The notes beneath the pieces were generated by a model. It saw only the letters and a list, made by a program, of their open reading frames with translations. It did not search any database and was not told the origin of the DNA. Below, piece by piece: positions 51,929-60,992 of a DNA stretch of 64,000 bases (the first letter of the stretch is position 1; each line of letters opens with the position of its first letter). The stretch is from Vulcanimicrobiota bacterium (GTDB taxonomy: Bacteria; Vulcanimicrobiota; Vulcanimicrobiia; Vulcanimicrobiales; Vulcanimicrobiaceae), in assembly GCA_963834485.1 (NCBI GenBank), contig CAWICD010000001.1:758862-822861 (forward strand), in the 5' to 3' direction. Made by a program: the position numbers and the translations under genes.

Positions 51929-54319
51929 TTGAGCATCGTCGTCGACGTGCTGGTGCAGCAGCGCACCGCGCGGGTCGGCCGGCCGCTCACCTACCTGGTG
52001 CCGGCGGGGGTGGAGCTGGAGGTCGGGGACGTCGTGCGCGTCCCGCTCGGGCCGCGCGAGCTCTACGGCTACGTGCTCACCCCGGCGCGCGAGGACGGCG
52101 CACGGACCGGGGGCCTCCGCCCGATCGCGGCACGCGCCGGCGTCCCGCGCGCCTTCGATGCCGCCGGATTGGCCCTGGCCCGCTGGATCGCGGAGCGCTA
52201 CTGCTGCACGCTCGGCGAGGCGCTCGGCGCGGTCGTGCTGGCGGCGGGCGTGCCGCGCGTCGTCGACCGCTTCGCCGCGACCGCAGCCCTCGTTCCCGAG
52301 CGGTTCCCTTCCGTCCCCGAGCGGCTGGTGCGCCTCATCCGCGAGGACTTCGGCGAAGGGTTCAGCCTCGATGCGCTGCTGCGCCATCCCGAGGCCCGCC
52401 GCGCGGGCGACCGCCGCAGCCTGCTGCGCTCGGTCTCGGCGCTCGTGCGGGCCGGCGCGCTCGAGCGCTCGCGCACCTTCCTCGGCCCGCGCACCGGCGA
52501 AGCGCACGAGAAGGTTCTCGAGGCGACGGGGAGCGACGTGCGCGGGCCGCGCGTCGCCGCCCTGCTGGCCCGCGTGCGCGAGGCCGGCGTGCTGCGGCGG
52601 CGCGACGCGCTCCTGGAAGGCTTCTCGCAGGCCGTCATCGCGCGCGCCCTGCGCGAAGGAGCCCTGCGCGAGAGCGAGCGGCGTCCCACGCTGCGCGCCG
52701 GGCACGGTCCGCCGGTCGACCAGGACTTCGTCCCGACCGCCGAGCAGGGCCGGGCGATCGAGGCGATCGTCAGGCACGTCGAGGACGCGCGCTTCGGCGA
52801 GCTGCTGCTGCAGGGCGTGACCGGCAGCGGCAAGACGTTCGTCTACATCCGCGCCATCGCGCGGATGCTGGAGTTGGGCGCGCGGGCGATCGTGCTCGTC
52901 CCCGAGATCGCGCTGACGCCGCAAACCGCGCGGCGTTTCGAGGGCGCCTTCGGCGAGCGCGTCGCCGTCCTGCACTCGGGCCTCTCCGAGCGCGAACGGT
53001 ATGCGAGCTGGCAGGCGGCCGCGCGCGGCGAGGTCGACGTCGTCGTGGGCGCGCGCAGCGCGGTCTTCGCGCCGCTCCCCGACTGCCGCCTCGTCGTCGT
53101 CGACGAGGCGCACGAGCGCACCTACAAGCAGGACGTCGTGCCGCGTTACGACGCGCTCGCGGTCGCGCGCGAGCGGATGCGCGCGGCGGGGGGCACGCTC
53201 GTGCTCGGGAGCGCGACGCCGCCGCTGGAGGCGTATGCTGCCGCGTTGCGAGGAGCGATCGAGCACCTGCGGCTGGAACGCCGCGCCAGCGCGATGCCCT
53301 TGCCGGCGACGCACGTCGTCGATCTGGCCGGCGAGTTCGCGCAGGGCAACCGCCGCATCTTCAGCACGCGTTTGGTCGAAGCGCTCGACGCCTGCTTGGC
53401 GCGGCGCGAGAAAGCGGTCCTTTTCGTCAACCGGCGCGGGAGCGCCAGCTTCATGCTGTGCCGGGCCTGCGGGGCCGTCCCCCGCTGCGAGCGCTGCACC
53501 ATGTCGCTGGTCGTCCACCGCGCGGAACGGCTGCTGCGCTGCCACCTCTGCGACGCACAGCGCGCGATCCCCGAACGCTGTCCGCAGTGCGGCGGCGGGC
53601 CGATCCGCGAGTTCGGAGTCGGCACCCAGAAGGTCGCCGAGACGGCGCAGTCGCTCTTTCCGGCGGCGCGCATCGTGCGCATGGACAGCGATACGACGAC
53701 GCGCATCGGCGACCACGCGCGGCTGCTCGACGCCTTCGCGGCGCAGGGCGACATCCTGGTCGGGACGCAGATGGTCGCCAAGGGGCTCGATTTCCCCGAG
53801 GTGACGCTGGTCGGGGTGGTCGCCGCCGACATCGGGCTGCACCTGCCCGACTTCCGGGCCGCGGAGAGAACGTTCGATCTGCTCACGCAGGTCGCGGGAC
53901 GCAGCGGCAGGGCCCGCGCCGGCGAGGCGATCGTCCAGACGTACAACCCCGAGCATCCCGCGATCCGCTTCGCGGCCCGGCACGACTTCGACGGCTTCGC
54001 CGCGCACGAGCTCGAGGAGCGGCGCGAGTCGGGGTTTCCGCCCTTCGCCGAGCTCGTCTACCTCGGCGTGATCGGACGGCGGCGCGAAGCGGTCGTCGCC
54101 GCGGCCGCGCGCTACGCCCGCTCCCTGCGCTCGCTGGAAGGCTGCGAGGTGCTCGGACCGGCGCCCTACCCGATCGCGCGGCTCAACGACGAGTGGCGCT
54201 ACCGGCTCGCCGTCAAGGCGGCGGAGAGCACGCACGTGAGAGCGCACATCCGTGCGACGCTGCTCCCCGCGGCGGCCGCGGAGCGCGCCACTCGGCTCGC
54301 CGTCAACGTCGATCCCTGA
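51929..54319 (+). CDS. priA: Primosomal protein N' (PriA helicase)
   Basis: GVTGSGKT Walker A, DEAHE, and the Cys4-Cys4 zinc-finger region CRACG...CERC...CHLC...CPQCG. Confidence 0.9.
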   Translation: MSIVVDVLVQQRTARVGRPLTYLVPAGVELEVGDVVRVPLGPRELYGYVLTPAREDGARTGGLRPIAARAGVPRAFDAAGLALARWIAERYCCTLGEALGAVVLAAGVPRVVDRFAATAALVPERFPSVPERLVRLIREDFGEGFSLDALLRHPEARRAGDRRSLLRSVSALVRAGALERSRTFLGPRTGEAHEKVLEATGSDVRGPRVAALLARVREAGVLRRRDALLEGFSQAVIARALREGALRESERRPTLRAGHGPPVDQDFVPTAEQGRAIEAIVRHVEDARFGELLLQGVTGSGKTFVYIRAIARMLELGARAIVLVPEIALTPQTARRFEGAFGERVAVLHSGLSERERYASWQAAARGEVDVVVGARSAVFAPLPDCRLVVVDEAHERTYKQDVVPRYDALAVARERMRAAGGTLVLGSATPPLEAYAAALRGAIEHLRLERRASAMPLPATHVVDLAGEFAQGNRRIFSTRLVEALDACLARREKAVLFVNRRGSASFMLCRACGAVPRCERCTMSLVVHRAERLLRCHLCDAQRAIPERCPQCGGGPIREFGVGTQKVAETAQSLFPAARIVRMDSDTTTRIGDHARLLDAFAAQGDILVGTQMVAKGLDFPEVTLVGVVAADIGLHLPDFRAAERTFDLLTQVAGRSGRARAGEAIVQTYNPEHPAIRFAARHDFDGFAAHELEERRESGFPPFAELVYLGVIGRRREAVVAAAARYARSLRSLEGCEVLGPAPYPIARLNDEWRYRLAVKAAESTHVRAHIRATLLPAAAAERATRLAVNVDP

Positions 54320-54322
54320 AGG

Positions 54323-54493
54323 CTACGGCAGTTGGGCGGAGCCGGGGGAGCCGAGGATGCCGGTGCTGTGCTCGAGGCTCGCTCCGAACATGTCGCCGAA
54401 AAACACGAGCGCGCCGGTCGCGACGATCGCAACCAGAGCTGCGATCAGAGCGTACTCCGCCGCACCTTGAGCGCCGTCGTCGAGAAACAGCAT
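54323..54493 (-). CDS. flp: Flp/Fap family type IVb prepilin (copy 3, isolated)
   Basis: MLFLDDGAQG|AAEYALIAALVAIVATGALVFF.... Start ATG 54493 lies inside ORF 54323..54559. Confidence 0.7.
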   Translation of the reverse strand: MLFLDDGAQGAAEYALIAALVAIVATGALVFFGDMFGASLEHSTGILGSPGSAQLP

Positions 54494-54596
54494 TTTCACG
54501 GTGGGCTTGCCCGTTCTCCAAGCGCGTGCCGCGTCTCCTCTCGCCCGGACGCGATGCAAAGGGGGCCAACCGCGACCCGCTAAACGTCATATCGCG

Positions 54597-56333
54597 ATGG
54601 CCGACGAGAACGACCCGCAGCCCGGCGACGCCGCCTCGGGCGCCGCTGCACCGGACGGCGCGCGTTCCGTGCGTCCCAACGCATACGATCCATTGGGCAT
54701 CAACGAGGCGGCGCTCGAAGTGCTGCGGGCGTTGTTCGCGCACCCGGAATCGGCGATGGCGACCCAGATGCAGTGGGCCAACGCTTGGATGAGCGCGGCA
54801 GCTCGGGCGCTGACGCCGCCGGCGTCCGCTCAGCCGGCGCCGCTGATCGAGCCCGCGCCCGGCGACAATCGCTGGAAGCATGCGGCCTGGAGCGAGAACC
54901 CGCTCTTCGACGCCGTCAAACAGGGCTATCTGCTGGCCACCAAGGCGGTCCTCGACGGAATCGACCGCGCGCCCGACGTCGACGCCGAGACGAAAACGCG
55001 CGTCAAATACTTCACCAAGCAGTTCTGCGACGCGATGAGCCCGACGAACATGGCGTTCCTCAACCCGACCGTGATCGAGGAGACGCTCAAGACGGGCGGC
55101 GCCAACCTGCAAAAGGGGGCGCAGAACATGCTCGAGGACCTGCGCGAGAATCGCGGCCGTCCCGCGCTCGTCGACAAGAAGGCCTTCGAGATCGGCCGGA
55201 ACGTCGCCACGACCAAAGGCGCGGTCGTGTACCGCAACGAGGTCATGGAACTGCTGCAGTACGCGCCGGCGACCGAAACGGTGTACCGGCGCCCGCTGGT
55301 CGTCATTCCGCCCTGGATCAACAAGTACTACATCATGGACCTGCGGCCGTCGAACAGCCTCATCAAGTTCGCCGTCGACAGCGGGTTCCAGATTTTCTTG
55401 GTCTCGTGGATCAATCCCGACGCTTCGATGTCCCATCTGCAGTTCGAGGACTATCTCGAGTCCGGGGCGATCGCGGCGGCCCGGATCGCGACGAAGATCG
55501 CGGGCGCCAACGACGTCAATCTCCTCGGCTACTGTTTGGGCGGCACGCTGGTTTCGATGGTTCTCGCGTATTTGGAGCGCAAGGGCGAGCCGCTGGCCAA
55601 CGCAGCCACGCTTTTCGCGACGCTGGTCGATTTCTCCGAACCGGGCGACTTGAAGAATTTTTTGAGTCCCGAAGCGATCGAGTGCATCCAGCACGAGATG
55701 CAGGAGAAGGGCATTCTCGAAGCGTCGGCGATGTCGGACACTTTCAACCTGCTGCGCGCCAACGATCTGATCTGGAACGTCGCCGTCAACCGCTACCTGT
55801 TGGGCAAGGACGCGCCGGCCTTCGACCTGCTGTATTGGAACAGCGACTCGACGCGCCTGACGGCGGACTTCCACTCCTACTACCTGCGCAACATGTACGT
55901 CGAGAACAACCTGGTCAAGCCCGACGGCATCACGATGAACGGCGTCCCGCTCGACCTGCGCCGCGTGAGGAACGACGTCTATTCGGTTGCCGCCAAGGAA
56001 GACCACATCGCGCCGTGGCCCTCGGTCTACAAGTCGACCCAGCTCTTCGGCGGCGACGTGCAGTTCCGGCTCGCGCACTCCGGCCACATCGCCGGGATCA
56101 TCAACTCGCCGGCGGCCGGCAAGGGCAACTATTGGAAGGCGCCGCGGAACCCGCCGCTCGCCGACGAGTGGTTCGGGATCGCCCAAAAAGTCTCGGGCTC
56201 GTTCTGGCCCGAGTGGTCGAAGTGGCTGGCCGCTCGCTCCGGCGAGATGGTCCCGGCGCCCGCCGCGGCGGGATCGGCCGAGTATCCGCCGCTCGGGCCG
56301 GCCCCTGGGACCTACGTCCTGGTCAAAGCGTGA
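54597..56333 (+). CDS. phaC: Class I poly(3-hydroxyalkanoate) synthase
   Basis: Lipase box GYCLGG, INKYYIMDL, and a conserved C-terminal HIAGIIN region. ATG 54597 lies inside ORF 54501..56333. Confidence 0.9.
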   Translation: MADENDPQPGDAASGAAAPDGARSVRPNAYDPLGINEAALEVLRALFAHPESAMATQMQWANAWMSAAARALTPPASAQPAPLIEPAPGDNRWKHAAWSENPLFDAVKQGYLLATKAVLDGIDRAPDVDAETKTRVKYFTKQFCDAMSPTNMAFLNPTVIEETLKTGGANLQKGAQNMLEDLRENRGRPALVDKKAFEIGRNVATTKGAVVYRNEVMELLQYAPATETVYRRPLVVIPPWINKYYIMDLRPSNSLIKFAVDSGFQIFLVSWINPDASMSHLQFEDYLESGAIAAARIATKIAGANDVNLLGYCLGGTLVSMVLAYLERKGEPLANAATLFATLVDFSEPGDLKNFLSPEAIECIQHEMQEKGILEASAMSDTFNLLRANDLIWNVAVNRYLLGKDAPAFDLLYWNSDSTRLTADFHSYYLRNMYVENNLVKPDGITMNGVPLDLRRVRNDVYSVAAKEDHIAPWPSVYKSTQLFGGDVQFRLAHSGHIAGIINSPAAGKGNYWKAPRNPPLADEWFGIAQKVSGSFWPEWSKWLAARSGEMVPAPAAAGSAEYPPLGPAPGTYVLVKA

Positions 56334-56342
56334 GGAAAGAGC

Positions 56343-56651
56343 TTACTTCTTGCCGGACTTGCTGCGCCCGGCTGCGGCCTTGACGGCCGGCGGCGGTGCG
56401 GCGGCGGCGATGCGCGCCGCTTTGACGGCCTTGGCCAGGCGCGCCTTCTTGCGGGCGGCCTTGTTGCGGTGAATGACGCCCTTTTGGGCGGCTTTGTCGA
56501 AGGCGCCCTCGACCGCCGAGACCAGCGCCGGCTCGCTGCTGGCGCGGGCCTTCTTGAAGAGCGTCTTGAGGCGCGTTTTCAGATCCCGGTTGCGCAGCGC
56601 GCGCTTTTCGGATTGGCGGACCCACTTCTCAGCGGCTTTGATATTCGGCAA
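56343..56651 (-). CDS. rpsT: 30S ribosomal protein S20
   Basis: TTG start giving (M)PNIKAAEKWVRQSEKRALRNR..., then HRNKAARKKARLAK. Confidence 0.9.
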   Translation of the reverse strand: MPNIKAAEKWVRQSEKRALRNRDLKTRLKTLFKKARASSEPALVSAVEGAFDKAAQKGVIHRNKAARKKARLAKAVKAARIAAAAPPPAVKAAAGRSKSGKK

Positions 56652-56734
56652 ACGAGGATCTCCCGGTGAAAACACGACAGGCACCCGCTCGGGCACGCGC
56701 GGCATTGTACCACAGGCCGGCGGAGGCGTAAAGC

Positions 56735-58087
56735 GTGACGAAGCTCGCCGACCTGCGCCTGGGTCACGCGCCCCTGCCCCCTTCGGCCGGCGGGAACGAC
56801 CCGGCGGGCGACATCGCCGCGGTCGCGCCCCCCGGCATCCCCTCGCCCGCGACCGAGCCGGTCGAGGGAACGATGCTGCTCGGCTCGCTCGGCGGGGCCC
56901 AGCGCTACGTCCTCAAGATCCCGGCCGCCTGGAACGGAAAGCTCGCGGTCTGCGGCACGCCCGCGACCCGCAGCGAATACGTCAACGACGGACTCTTCGG
57001 CGACTTCCTGCTGGCCCGCGGCTATGCTTACGCCGCGAGCAACAAGGGGATCCCCTACAACGCCGTCCTCGAGAGCGCCGCCGCCACGCCCGACCGCACC
57101 CTGGCCTACCCCGTCCCCTTCGACGTCATGGACCTGCGCAAGCTGGGCATGGTCTGCCGCTTCGGGGCGCTTTGGCCCGAGCCGGTTCCGATCGCGTCCT
57201 GGCAGACGGATCTCGCGGCCCTCGTGCGGGAGGCCAAGGCGCGGGTCGAAGAGGTGACCGGCGAACCGCCCTCGCGCACCTACGCGCTCGGGGTCTCCGT
57301 GGGAGGCGGGCAGGTTCGCTGGCTGCTGGAAAACGAGCCGGACCTGGTCGACGGCGGTCTCGAGTGGGCCGCAGTCTACTGGCATCCGGAACGGAACGTC
57401 TTGACCTGCCTGCCGGCCTTCCTGCGGCACATGCCGGACTGGGTCCGCAGCGGCTTCGAGGACCGCGACGCGCACGACGCGATCGTGGCCGCGGGGTTCC
57501 CGCCGGACCGGCTCCAGGACCACCCGCAATTCCGCTCGCTCTGGAACGACCACTATGCGAACATCCCGCCGTTCTACGCCGACGCGACGGTCTTCGCGTA
57601 CGCCCTCATGCTCGATCCGCAGGCGCGCTCGAGCTTCGAGCTGCCGCCGGCGATCCCCAATCCGCTCGTCGACGGCCCCGGCTTCGTCTCGAACGCGAGC
57701 GGTCTCGCGCTCCCCGAGAACCGCGCGTCGTACGTGCTTTCAGACGAAGGGAAGAAGACGATCGCGGGCTTCGCGCACACGGGAAGAATCGGCAAGCCGC
57801 TGGTCGGCATCGCCGGCAGCGCCGACGTGTTCATCACCCCGCAGTGCAACTTCGCCGGCTATCTCGAAGCCGTGCGCGCCGCGGGCCGGGCCGACCGCTA
57901 CTGGCAGTATCTGGTCGAAGGCGGAACGCACGTCGACCGCTTCGTCGCTCTAGGGTATGGGCTGCAAGCCCAGCTTCCGTTCGCTTGGGCGGCGTTCGAT
58001 CGGCTCGTCGCAATCGTCGAGGACGGCGAGCGTCCGCCCGGCGCGGGGACGGTGCGGGCGGTCAGCGCTCCGGCGGAGCTGCGCTGA
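56735..58087 (+). CDS. Alpha/beta-hydrolase-like serine hydrolase (tannase/feruloyl-esterase- or 3HB-oligomer-hydrolase-like)
   Basis: GTG start. Nucleophile elbow GVSVGGGQ, and the pattern IPAAWNGKLAVCG...GYAYAASNKG. The family assignment is tentative. Confidence 0.7.
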   Translation: MTKLADLRLGHAPLPPSAGGNDPAGDIAAVAPPGIPSPATEPVEGTMLLGSLGGAQRYVLKIPAAWNGKLAVCGTPATRSEYVNDGLFGDFLLARGYAYAASNKGIPYNAVLESAAATPDRTLAYPVPFDVMDLRKLGMVCRFGALWPEPVPIASWQTDLAALVREAKARVEEVTGEPPSRTYALGVSVGGGQVRWLLENEPDLVDGGLEWAAVYWHPERNVLTCLPAFLRHMPDWVRSGFEDRDAHDAIVAAGFPPDRLQDHPQFRSLWNDHYANIPPFYADATVFAYALMLDPQARSSFELPPAIPNPLVDGPGFVSNASGLALPENRASYVLSDEGKKTIAGFAHTGRIGKPLVGIAGSADVFITPQCNFAGYLEAVRAAGRADRYWQYLVEGGTHVDRFVALGYGLQAQLPFAWAAFDRLVAIVEDGERPPGAGTVRAVSAPAELR

Positions 58088-58583
58088 CGGTCTCGGCGTC
58101 GAACTCCGGCGGCCGCAAAGCGGCTTCGCGGAAGCTCAGCACGGCCCCCGAACCGGCCCCGGCCGCAGCGAACGGCGCCGCCTGCGCGCTCCCCTCGATG
58201 CGGCGTCCGTCCCTGGCCTGGAGGGCGAGTTCGAAGCCGACCTGGCGCCCCTGGAGCGCGAGCGCCACGTTCGCTTCGACGGCCGGGAAGTCGTCGGGCG
58301 GGACGACGTCGCGCAGCGGCCGCCCGAGCAGCTCCTCGCGCGGGTAGCCGAGCAGGAGCAGCGCCGCCGCGTTCGCTGCCACGACGGTCGAGCCGGGTTC
58401 GATTCCGAGGGCCGGGTCGCCGTGGGCCTCGACGCCCGAGGCGAGGCTCTCGGGCCGGGCACCCGCCTTGCGCTTGCGGCGCCGCGACAGCCCGAAGACG
58501 ACGAGGATGACGGCAGCGGCGGCCAGCAGCACCGCGAAAAGCGTGGTCCGGGAACGTTGGCTGGGCGTATCTTTCGCTTCCAC
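58062..58583 (-). CDS. Membrane-anchored PAS-domain protein
   Basis: One TM helix (LFAVLLAAAAVILVVFGL) and a PAS-like segment (ANAAALLLLGYPREELLGRPLRDVV...). GTG 58583 lies 2 nt after the rsgA stop. Confidence 0.6.
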   Translation of the reverse strand: MEAKDTPSQRSRTTLFAVLLAAAAVILVVFGLSRRRKRKAGARPESLASGVEAHGDPALGIEPGSTVVAANAAALLLLGYPREELLGRPLRDVVPPDDFPAVEANVALALQGRQVGFELALQARDGRRIEGSAQAAPFAAAGAGSGAVLSFREAALRPPEFDAETVSAAPPER

Positions 58584-58585
58584 GG

Positions 58586-59443
58586 CTACACTCGTTGGAC
58601 GGAAGGGGTACCGTCGCCCTGGCGCGCGAGGATACTGCGGTAGCTCGCGTAGCGCGAAGCCGCGATCGCACCGCTGCCGACCGCGTCGCGGACGGCGCAG
58701 CCAGGCTCGTCGCGGTGCGTGCAGTCGCTGAAGCGGCAACGCGCGGTGCATGCGGCGAATTCGCGAAAGCCGGCTGCGACCAGGCCGCTCCCGGCCTCGT
58801 GCAGCTCGAACTCACCGACCCCGGGGCTGTCGATCAGAAAGCCTTCGGCGAAGCGGTGCAGCCGCCCGGCGCTGGTCGTCTGCCGCCCGCGCCCGTGCTT
58901 GGAGACGTCGCCGACCTCGGCACGGCCGCCCAGCGCGCGGAACAGCGAGCTCTTCCCGACGCCCGACTGGCCGATCAGGAGCGTGCGCCGGCCGGCGAGC
59001 TCGCGAGCGAAGGCTTCGATCCCTTGCGCGGCCTTGGGATTGACGACCAGCACGACGTAGCCGAGGCCGCGGTAGAGCGCGGCCGTCGCGTCGCTGAACT
59101 CGGCCGAAGCCAAGTCGGGCTTGGTGAGCACGAGCCGGGCGCCGATCTCCTCGATCTCCGCGAAGGCGAGCAGCTCGTCGACCATGCCGAGGTGCGGCGG
59201 CGGCTCGGCCAGGGCTGCGACGATCGCGATGCCGTCGACGTTGGCCGCCATCGTTTTGCGCCGCCCGCCGACCGTGTGCCGCTCGAGGGTGAAGGCCCGC
59301 GGCTCGCGCCGCTCGACCAGCACGTGCTCCGCTCCGACTTGGCGCGCCAGCACGAGATCGCCGGGGACGAGCGAGAGACGTTCGAGCGATTTGCGGCGCG
59401 AGGCGACCCGCAGCCGGTCTTCGTCCTCGAAGGCGAGCCACAC
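58586..59443 (-). CDS. rsgA: Ribosome small-subunit-dependent GTPase RsgA
   Basis: LTKPDL, GQSGVGKSSL, and the zinc knuckle CRFSDCTHRDEPGCAV. 59443 is the first canonical start (GTG), but conserved OB-fold residues are encoded in-frame upstream (see findings). Confidence 0.9.
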   Translation of the reverse strand: MWLAFEDEDRLRVASRRKSLERLSLVPGDLVLARQVGAEHVLVERREPRAFTLERHTVGGRRKTMAANVDGIAIVAALAEPPPHLGMVDELLAFAEIEEIGARLVLTKPDLASAEFSDATAALYRGLGYVVLVVNPKAAQGIEAFARELAGRRTLLIGQSGVGKSSLFRALGGRAEVGDVSKHGRGRQTTSAGRLHRFAEGFLIDSPGVGEFELHEAGSGLVAAGFREFAACTARCRFSDCTHRDEPGCAVRDAVGSGAIAASRYASYRSILARQGDGTPSVQRV

Positions 59444-59556
59444 GGCATTGCGCCCGACGCTGACGACGCGCGCCGGCCGCGCACCTCCGGCGTCCGCATG
59501 AGTAGCGTCTGTGGACGTGTAAGGTTGCGTCAGCCTCAGGTCTCCAAGGGAGTCGC

Positions 59557-60114
59557 TTGAACCGTCTCGCCAGCGTACGATTCGACCGGGTGCTCGCCGA
59601 CGCCGAGCGCGGGGAGGCGGCGCGCGTCATAGCTTCGGCCGGAGCAAAGGCCACCTCCTGGAGCGGCCAGCCCGCGGCGAGCCGGACCTACGGGTTGCTG
59701 ACGCTCGCTCCTCAGACCGACGCGCAGCGGCTCGGAGCGGCGCTGCAGGCGCGGGTCGTCGAGCCGCCCCTCCTCGTGCTCTCCGTCGAGCTGCGGGAGA
59801 GCGGCGAATTGGAGGGGCTGCGGGAGGCGCTCGGCGGCCCCGGCGGCCCGGCGGGGGTCGTCGACTGTTGCCTCGCCGGCGGCGCGCTCCTGGTCGAGCT
59901 CGACGAGGCGGTCACGCCGCTCTCGCTGCTCGTCGAGCTGATCGACGTCGTGCTCCGCGGCTCGAGCGGGCGCAGCATCGTGCCCCTCTTCGGGCTGAGC
60001 GACGACACTTTGGCCGCCTTCGCCGCAGCGACGCTCGGCGAGCCGGCGCTCGACGCGTCGCGGCTGATCGAGGCCTGGCTCGACCGGCTGCAGCGGGCGG
60101 GCGCGGCGCGATGA
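59557..60114 (+). CDS. Hypothetical protein translationally coupled to cdaA
   Basis: 185-aa ORF with a TTG start 4 nt after AAGGGAG. Its stop overlaps the cdaA ATG (ATGA). No recognisable motif. Confidence 0.6.
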   Translation: MNRLASVRFDRVLADAERGEAARVIASAGAKATSWSGQPAASRTYGLLTLAPQTDAQRLGAALQARVVEPPLLVLSVELRESGELEGLREALGGPGGPAGVVDCCLAGGALLVELDEAVTPLSLLVELIDVVLRGSSGRSIVPLFGLSDDTLAAFAAATLGEPALDASRLIEAWLDRLQRAGAAR

Positions 60115-60992
60115 GGTTCGCCCTTCCGCCGCTCCCCGACGTCGCCTTCGGCGTCAGCGACGCGATCGACATCCTGGCGACGGCGCTGCTGACCTACTAC
60201 CTGCTGATCCTGGTCCGCGGAACCCGGGCGGTGCCGATCATGCTGGGGCTGCTCGTGCTCGCGGTGCTGCTCACCATCGCGAATTTCGCGCACCTGCTCG
60301 TGCTCGCCACCGTCCTCCAGTTCGCCTTGCTGGGGACCGCGGTCAGCTTGCCGATCGTCTTCCAGCCGGAGCTGCGCCGCCTCTTGGAACAGCTCGGCCG
60401 GGGCGGCATGCTGGCGCGCCGCGACGGCGCCGAAGACCCGGCGACCCTCGAGGAGGCGATCGCGATCCTGGCCCGGGCCGCCGTCATCCTCTCGCACTCC
60501 CGCACGGGGGCGCTGGTCGCGATCGAGGGCGCGACCGGTCTGCGCGAGTTCGTCGAGAGCGGCACGCGCCTCGACGCGCGGCTCTCCGTCGAGCTGCTGC
60601 TCTCGATCTTCACGCCGCGCTCGCCGCTGCACGACGGGGCGGCGGTCGTACGCGGCACGAGCATCGAGGCCGCGGGCTGCTTCCTGCCGCTCTCCGAGAA
60701 CGTCTTGACGGAGAGTCACTTGGGGACTCGCCACCGGGCCGCGATCGGCCTCTCGGAGCAGACCGACGCCGTCGTGCTCGTCGTCTCGGAAGGCGGGGCG
60801 ATCTCGGTCGCGCGCACCGGCAAGCTCTCGCGCGAGCTCGACGACGAGGGCCGCCTGCGCAACGTGCTGCTCGCGTGCTGCCGCGCCACGCGCTCGCGCA
60901 CCCAGTCGAAAGCGAATCGCCGTTCCCGTTTCGGGCGGCGCCGGCTCGCGGCCGACGGCGCCTCGACCGAACTCGCCAACCCGCGTGCTTGA
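60111..60992 (+). CDS. cdaA: Diadenylate cyclase CdaA (membrane-anchored DAC domain)
   Basis: Three N-terminal TM helices, a DAC domain with the LHDGAAVV (DGA) and GTRHRAAIG (RHR) motifs, and a basic C-terminal tail. Confidence 0.9.
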   Translation: MRFALPPLPDVAFGVSDAIDILATALLTYYLLILVRGTRAVPIMLGLLVLAVLLTIANFAHLLVLATVLQFALLGTAVSLPIVFQPELRRLLEQLGRGGMLARRDGAEDPATLEEAIAILARAAVILSHSRTGALVAIEGATGLREFVESGTRLDARLSVELLLSIFTPRSPLHDGAAVVRGTSIEAAGCFLPLSENVLTESHLGTRHRAAIGLSEQTDAVVLVVSEGGAISVARTGKLSRELDDEGRLRNVLLACCRATRSRTQSKANRRSRFGRRRLAADGASTELANPRA

